From the IMG/VR virus record IMGVR_UViG_2740892017_000001: a stretch of DNA of 4,242 bases, one strand, 5' to 3'. This document shows positions 1-4,242 of the stretch, one piece after another; position 1 is the first letter of the stretch; each line of letters opens with the position of its first letter. The position numbers were made by a program, and so were the translations under genes. This DNA is from a virus. Taxonomy: Duplodnaviria > Heunggongvirae > Uroviricota > Caudoviricetes. The notes beneath the pieces were generated by a model that saw nothing but the letters and a program-made list of their open reading frames with translations, was not told the DNA's origin and did not search any database.

Positions 1-452
1 GCGATCTGTTCAAATGTTATTACCCGATCTCGATGGAAGTTATTGAGTGATCTCCTTTCATGAAAATACGCAAAAGTCGACACACGGCTGTAAGCCACAC
101 CCGCCATCGCATACGCGCTGAACCATTCATTCACGCGTACAGACGGCCCCGCCATCACGCTGAACCAGCGGTTACGCACGGAATCTTCATGCCAGCGGGT
201 ATCGCTGTAGCGCGTTTTTTGCTCATCCTCAGCATTGGCATAACTGAAGGACGTAATCAGCCCCAGCGCGTCCGTAAACTCATAACGGTATTTCACGTTA
301 ATCCCGTTCAGATCATCACTACCGGGAACGTTCGTCGAGGCATGGAGATACCCCGCGCTCAGCGTGGACTGATGTTCTGCTGCACTCGCTGGCGTAGCAG
401 CGGCGACCTGCCAGACTACTGCGGACAAAATAACAGCACATAATTTACGCAT
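1..452 (-). CDS. lom: Lom-like outer membrane protein (Ail/Lom/PagC family); the Lom-like part covers about 72..452, then the open frame continues with unrelated sequence to the window edge (probably truncated or fused, possibly a pseudogene)
   Basis: Minus-strand ATG at 452..450 with a GAGAGG Shine-Dalgarno (plus-strand complement at 458..463) 5 nt upstream. My manual translation gives MRKLCAVILSAVVWQVAAATPASAAEHQSTLSAGYLHASTNVPGSDDLNGINVKYRYEFTDALGLITSFSYANAEDEQKTRYSDTRWHEDSVRNRWFSVMAGPSVRVNEWFSAYAMAGVAYSRVSTF, a signal peptide plus the first beta-strands of an Ail/Lom-type barrel, closely matching the first ~127 aa of lambda Lom as I recall it. After codon 127 (about nt 72) the translation becomes AYFHERRSLNNFHRDRVITFEQI..., which does not resemble Lom or any beta-barrel strand pattern. 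There is no stop before the window edge. The supplied ORF track does not list this partial ORF; I derived it by hand. Confidence 0.8.
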   Translation of the reverse strand, partial: MRKLCAVILSAVVWQVAAATPASAAEHQSTLSAGYLHASTNVPGSDDLNGINVKYRYEFTDALGLITSFSYANAEDEQKTRYSDTRWHEDSVRNRWFSVMAGPSVRVNEWFSAYAMAGVAYSRVSTFAYFHERRSLNNFHRDRVITFEQI

Positions 453-471
453 AATTACCTCTCGCTTTTCT

Positions 472-503
472 GCAATAAAAAAGGCGCCATTTCTGGCGCC
501 CGT
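472..503 (-). terminator. Rho-independent terminator between J and lom
   Basis: On the minus strand: GGGCGCC-AGAAAT-GGCGCC followed directly by TTTTTTTATT. This is a perfect 6-7 bp GC stem with a 6-nt loop and a U-run, starting about 17 nt after the J stop codon. There is no T-run on the plus-strand side, so it is unidirectional for minus-strand transcripts. Confidence 0.75.
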
Positions 504-519
504 ATCTGGGTTATAAAAT

Positions 520-3500
520 TCAGCTAATCGTGATGCCTGCAGTGGCTTTCTTCATCACCACAACCAGCAAATCGCTGATACTTGCTGTGGGATACCAGTT
601 ATTTACCAGCCATGCTGACACCGAAAACTCCAGTGTCATGTGACCGTGACCGGCAGGCATATCAATAACACCACTGTAAATCAGCGTATTATCCAGCGCG
701 GTACGGTTATAAATTTCAGCACCGTTTTTCCGCACTATCAGACGGCATGAGGAGTAAATATCAGTATGCTCTTTCTCATGTTTAGCGCCGCTGAATGCCA
801 CCGCCGGAATAACAATCTGCCGGTCAAACGGCTGATCGTCATAAACCCTGACGGTAATGGTTCCTGATGGCCACCGCTCCGGTGCACGGGAGTCCCGGGG
901 GAAAGCTTTGCCCACTGTTTTAACGAGATCGCCTTCAATCTGGTTCGCGGACAATTTTCCCAGAACCCGACAGTTCTCGTTAATCGTGACGTTGTTGAGC
1001 GTCCCGGAGTTCGCATTCACGTTACCGCTGATATCGGCATTTTTCGCCGTCAGCCGCCCGTCCGGTGTCAGGGAAAATGCCGGAGGATTACCGCCGCTGG
1101 TAATGGTGGGAGCCGTCAGATATTTCAGGAACACTTCATTCATAAATATCTGATCGCCCTGACCAACAAACATCGGCTTTGTGTTGCCATTCGCAGGATT
1201 AATCATCGCAATCCTGTCTGCCGCCAGCAGCACCTGACTCTGCATTCCTGCTGGCGTATTCTCAATACCGGCACCGATACCCGCAATATAAAGGCGTCCG
1301 TCCTGCATCTGCTGCAGTTTCACGGCCCACATGCTGTTCAGGTTATTATTTGTATCAACCTGAACTTTCTGTATCTGCTGGATTGCCGCACTCTGATTTT
1401 CCAGTTTTTTATTGACGGTCTGCGTGATTTCATTGCTGACATTCGTAATGGACGTCCTGATTTCAGCCAGGTCCGGCGCAAGCTGACCGTTATCAATCTG
1501 CGTCCACAGCTCCTGGGCCAGATGTGTTTTCCCGATTTCTCCTTTGAAAAAATCCAGGTAACCTTCCGCATCATCGCTCGCCCGACCGACAGCCTCCACG
1601 AATGCCGATTTGCCAACAGTATTCACACTGCGGATATAAAAATAATAATCATGGCCCGGTTTGATATTGATACTGGCAGCTATCCAGTACAGCGCCGAGC
1701 CAAGATAGCGGGCTGCGGTTTCAACCTGCCTGATATCCGCAATCCGCTTTTCCGAGAACCAGAACTCAAACTGTACCGTCGGGTCATAAACGGCAAGATG
1801 TGGCGTTGCGGTTATCTGAAAATAGCCCGGCGTCAGCTCAATCCGCGACGGTGCTGCCGGTGCGGCAATCCGGAAGGTGGTGGTGGCAGGTTCACCCTGC
1901 TGGCCATAGCTGTTTATCGCCCGCACCGTCAGGGTGTATTCCCCGAGCGGCAGGCCGCTGAAACGGTGCTCCGTGTCTGCGGTGATGGCGGTGGTCACCA
2001 GTCTGGCATCCGTTCCCTTACCACTGGTCAGGCGCAGACTGAAGCGCACACCCTTCACCACCCGCGGCGTGTCCCATTTCGCCTGCGCCAGATACTGGCC
2101 GTCAGCTGCGCTCACCTCCACCGTCAGGTGCTGCACTGCCGGTGGGATGACGCTGTTCAGGGAACCTGACTGCGGCTCAAAGCGGGCACCGTTATCCACG
2201 ATGGCTTCTTTTTCCGGTACGTGCTGCACCGCCGTGATGGCAAAGGTGCCGTCCGTGTTTTCCCGGATGGAGACACAGCGGAACAGGCGACGGCGCAGTG
2301 ACGGCAGGGAGAGTCCCCACACCCCGTATGTCTCCACACCATCAGGCAGGGTACTGACCTGTATCCGGTCCGGCGCGGGGTGTGCGGTGATGTCCACACT
2401 CACCGGCTTACCGCTGCCGTTAATCAGGTTCACCGCCGATGTACCTGTCTCCGGCAGGGTAACCTCACGGTCCAGCGTCAGGGTGCGGGTGGCAGCATCA
2501 ATGGACAGGACACGTCCGCCGGTCAGGGTCCCGGCATAGTCATTATCACAGATTTCAATAATGTCACCGGGTGTGTGCCGCAGCCCCTGAGACCCGAGCG
2601 TGAAATCCACCGTCTGCGTTTCCAGCAGTTCGGTCTTTATCACCCACAGTCCGGCACGGTGGGCCTGACCGCGGCTGGTACAGCCGAACGCGTCCATCTT
2701 CAGCAGGTTGCGTCCGTAGCGCAGTATGGCTTCCGGGTCTTCCACCAGTTCCGTGGAGGTCTGCCAGCCGTTCTGCGGGTCGGTGTAATTCACCTCCACC
2801 GCCGTGTGCCGGTCCTTCAGGGCACTGAAGCTGTAGCGGAATCCCACGCCGTTATCATCCACCACCACATCGCTGTTGGTGTACGGCCACACCACATCCG
2901 ACGGGCGGTCCTGAACGAACGTCAGCGTCTGACCGTTCCATACCGGCATACAGCGCATCGCAGAGCAGAAATCACTGAGAACGTCCCACGCCTTACGCTG
3001 TTGTGCCAGGTACGCATTAAAGGTCATCCGCGGCTCGGTCCCCCCGAAACCATCCGGGACCGTCTGGTCGCAGTACTGCCCGATGGCATACAGCGCCCAC
3101 TTGTCCACATCCGCCGCCCCCAGACGTTTTCCCATGCCGTAGCGCGGGTGAGTCAGCATGTCCCACAGACACCAGGCCGGGTTGTTGCTGTATGCCGGTT
3201 TCAGACTGCCGTCCCAGATACCACTATACGTGCGTTTTTCCGGGTCATAGTTTGACGGCACCTGGATGATGCGACCGCGGATATGGTAGTTCACCGTCAT
3301 CTGCTGGCCGCCGAACTGCTCCGCATCCACCTGCAGCCCCACAATGGCCGTGTTCGGGTAGCACTGTTTCACATCGATGATTTCGGTGTATGACGACCAC
3401 AGCGTCTTATTCTGCAGCTGGTCCGTGGTGCTGTCCGCCGTCTCCCTGACCATCCGGATGTTAAAGGGCCGGGGAGGCAGATTATCCAGAATCACCGAGG

Positions 3501-3993
3501 CCAGGAACTGTGAGGTGGTCTTGCCGTTAATGGTGACGTCCTTTTCTGTCACCCAGTTACCGTTACGCTGTAACTGAATCAGCAGGCGGACGGATGCCGG
3601 GTTACGGTCACCCTTTGAGGTGGTCTCCACCAGTGACTGCACCCCGAAGGTAACCCGCAGGCGGTCAATGTTCGCGGACGTAATGGTGCGCGTCACCGGT
3701 TTTGCCTTCGTCACTTCCACGCCCAGTCCGGTTTCAGCTCCGGAGGACTCAAAGCCTTCCGGTGGTGTCTGCTCCTGCTCCCCGGCGCGCCAGACCGCCG
3801 TCACACCGTGTATCACGGGATTGCCGTCCGTGTCCGTCAGTGGGGTTTTGTTCACCAGAATACTCTGCAGTCCCTTCACCGGACCTTCTATCGGTCCCTC
3901 ACCAATCGCATCAATCACGCTCATCATCTGCGTGGATTTGAGATTATCCTTCGCCTCACGAGGCGTGTGTGCCTTACCGCCACCTTTTCCCAT
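520..3993 (-). CDS. J: Lambda J-like central tail fibre / host specificity protein (tail tip attachment protein), 1157 aa
   Basis: Single uninterrupted minus-strand ORF, ATG at 3993..3991, stop TGA at 522..520. It is preceded by a Shine-Dalgarno-like GGGGAAGG (plus-strand complement at 3998..4005) 4 nt upstream of the ATG. The N-terminus [22 protein letters not shown], and internal motifs such as [55 protein letters not shown] and [41 protein letters not shown], match my recollection of phage lambda gpJ (1132 aa) nearly residue for residue over most of the length. Size and position next to lom also match the lambda J-lom arrangement. Antisense ORFs inside it are GC-driven artefacts. Confidence 0.95.
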   Translation of the reverse strand: MGKGGGKAHTPREAKDNLKSTQMMSVIDAIGEGPIEGPVKGLQSILVNKTPLTDTDGNPVIHGVTAVWRAGEQEQTPPEGFESSGAETGLGVEVTKAKPVTRTITSANIDRLRVTFGVQSLVETTSKGDRNPASVRLLIQLQRNGNWVTEKDVTINGKTTSQFLASVILDNLPPRPFNIRMVRETADSTTDQLQNKTLWSSYTEIIDVKQCYPNTAIVGLQVDAEQFGGQQMTVNYHIRGRIIQVPSNYDPEKRTYSGIWDGSLKPAYSNNPAWCLWDMLTHPRYGMGKRLGAADVDKWALYAIGQYCDQTVPDGFGGTEPRMTFNAYLAQQRKAWDVLSDFCSAMRCMPVWNGQTLTFVQDRPSDVVWPYTNSDVVVDDNGVGFRYSFSALKDRHTAVEVNYTDPQNGWQTSTELVEDPEAILRYGRNLLKMDAFGCTSRGQAHRAGLWVIKTELLETQTVDFTLGSQGLRHTPGDIIEICDNDYAGTLTGGRVLSIDAATRTLTLDREVTLPETGTSAVNLINGSGKPVSVDITAHPAPDRIQVSTLPDGVETYGVWGLSLPSLRRRLFRCVSIRENTDGTFAITAVQHVPEKEAIVDNGARFEPQSGSLNSVIPPAVQHLTVEVSAADGQYLAQAKWDTPRVVKGVRFSLRLTSGKGTDARLVTTAITADTEHRFSGLPLGEYTLTVRAINSYGQQGEPATTTFRIAAPAAPSRIELTPGYFQITATPHLAVYDPTVQFEFWFSEKRIADIRQVETAARYLGSALYWIAASINIKPGHDYYFYIRSVNTVGKSAFVEAVGRASDDAEGYLDFFKGEIGKTHLAQELWTQIDNGQLAPDLAEIRTSITNVSNEITQTVNKKLENQSAAIQQIQKVQVDTNNNLNSMWAVKLQQMQDGRLYIAGIGAGIENTPAGMQSQVLLAADRIAMINPANGNTKPMFVGQGDQIFMNEVFLKYLTAPTITSGGNPPAFSLTPDGRLTAKNADISGNVNANSGTLNNVTINENCRVLGKLSANQIEGDLVKTVGKAFPRDSRAPERWPSGTITVRVYDDQPFDRQIVIPAVAFSGAKHEKEHTDIYSSCRLIVRKNGAEIYNRTALDNTLIYSGVIDMPAGHGHMTLEFSVSAWLVNNWYPTASISDLLVVVMKKATAGITIS

Positions 3994-4090
3994 ACAGCCT
4001 TCCCCTGAATAAATTAACCGCCACTTGCCATTCCGTACAGAAGTCGGATATCCTTCGCCCGAAAAGCATGAAACACATTTCTGCCATGCT

Positions 4091-4131
4091 AAAGAGAAAC
4101 CCCGGTATCAGCAGATACCGGGGTTTTCTTT
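4091..4131. terminator. Strong GC-rich hairpin flanked by A-run and T-run; candidate bidirectional intrinsic terminator upstream of J
   Basis: Plus strand: AAAGAGAAA-CCCCGGTATC-AGCA-GATACCGGGG-TTTTCTTTC. This is a perfect 10-bp stem (4100..4109 pairing with 4114..4123) with a 4-nt loop. It is followed by a T-rich tract on the plus strand (4124..4131) and, read on the minus strand, by TTTCTCTTT (complement of 4091..4099). Confidence 0.55.
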
Positions 4132-4174
4132 CATGCCCACCGATAATCCTGTTGGTTAAAACCGGTAATGGTAA

Positions 4175-4209
4175 GCGTCAACGGAGCACCGTATTGACGC
4201 TTATTTATT
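4175..4209 (+). terminator. Second hairpin followed by a T-rich tract (weaker terminator-like structure)
   Basis: GCGTCAA(4175..4181) pairs with TTGACGC(4194..4200), and an inner CGG/CCG extension (4182..4184 with 4189..4191) encloses an AGCA loop. It is followed on the plus strand by TTATTTATT (4201..4209). On the minus strand it sits immediately after a TAA stop (4203..4201) but lacks an adjacent U-run. Function uncertain. Confidence 0.3.
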
Positions 4210-4242
4210 GGTGAGTACTACGTTCCATGGCAGGAGTTCGTC
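4201..4242 (-). CDS. Possible 3' end (last 13 codons, ...DELLPWNVVLTNK*) of an unidentified ORF entering from beyond the window
   Basis: Only one minus-strand frame is open from the window edge; it ends at TAA 4203..4201 and the other two frames hit stops within about 10 codons. The C-terminus does not match what I recall of lambda gpI (tail assembly protein I), but my recollection of gpI is unreliable. Far too short to identify. Confidence 0.25.
   Translation of the reverse strand, partial: DELLPWNVVLTNK

Noticed and set aside
1-72. Possible insertion-sequence terminus at the lom breakpoint
   Set aside because: I compared the 72 nt by eye with the terminal inverted repeats I can recall for common enterobacterial IS elements (IS1, IS2, IS3, IS5, IS10, IS30, IS150, IS186, IS629, IS911) and found no match. 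Without flanking sequence an IS cannot be supported; it remains only a hypothesis under the lom-truncation finding.
60-443. 127-aa plus-strand ORF (MKIRKSRHTAVSHTRHRIRAEPF...)
   Set aside because: It is antisense to the lom coding sequence, which has a clear signal peptide, RBS and Lom-like translation. The composition is basic and low-complexity and there is no Shine-Dalgarno.
2380-3255. Plus-strand ORFs of 291, 215, 201, 130, 98 aa and others in the supplied track (e.g. 2380..3255, 1522..2169, 1934..2539, 3620..4012, 857..1153), which could be read as overlapping or antisense genes
   Set aside because: All lie entirely antisense to the well-supported J gene. Their translations are Arg/His/Pro/Cys-rich with no recognisable motifs, which is typical of open antisense frames in a GC-rich gene, and they lack convincing start contexts.
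3974-4087. 37-aa minus-strand ORF ([37 protein letters not shown]) overlapping the J start in another frame
   Set aside because: No Shine-Dalgarno, it overlaps the J RBS and start, and it is Cys/Arg-rich. Most likely a chance ORF in the leader region.
3994-4100. Dedicated sigma-70 promoter for J in the upstream spacer
   Set aside because: The candidate hexamers (e.g. TGGCAA and TAATTT, complement of about 4010..4030) have poor consensus match and wrong spacing. Nothing here is strong enough to call a promoter from sequence alone.
3969-4214. 81-aa plus-strand ORF spanning the J start and both upstream hairpins
   Set aside because: It overlaps the J start codon and RBS antisense and runs straight through two stable stem-loops. 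There is no RBS, and the translation (…[23 protein letters not shown]…) reads like translated palindrome, not protein.
1-4242. CRISPR arrays, tRNA/rRNA genes, integrase or att sites, defence or toxin-antitoxin systems
   Set aside because: There are no regularly spaced direct repeats and no tRNA-like cloverleaf candidates. Apart from the partial lom and the 13-codon upstream fragment, all sizeable coding capacity is taken by J, leaving no room for an additional multi-gene system.

Overview
This window looks like the tail-tip end of a lambdoid (lambda-like) enterobacterial prophage, read on the minus strand. A 3,474-nt minus-strand gene (520..3993) encodes an 1157-aa lambda J-like central tail fibre / host-specificity protein. 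It is followed by a strong intrinsic terminator (472..503) and then a lom-type (Ail/Lom/PagC family) outer-membrane-protein gene starting at 452. The Lom-like sequence stops abruptly near nt 72 although the frame stays open to the window edge, so lom appears truncated or fused to unrelated DNA. Upstream of J (3994..4242) there is no immediately adjacent tail-assembly gene; instead there is about 200 bp of non-coding DNA with two stable hairpins and possibly the last 13 codons of an unidentified minus-strand ORF. I found no CRISPR array, tRNA/rRNA or recognisable mobile-element terminus, and no evidence of a novel multi-gene system. The points worth a second look are the mosaic J protein with divergent receptor-binding regions, the disrupted lom, and the atypical region upstream of J. 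All homology statements rest on my recollection of the lambda J and Lom sequences, not on a database search.
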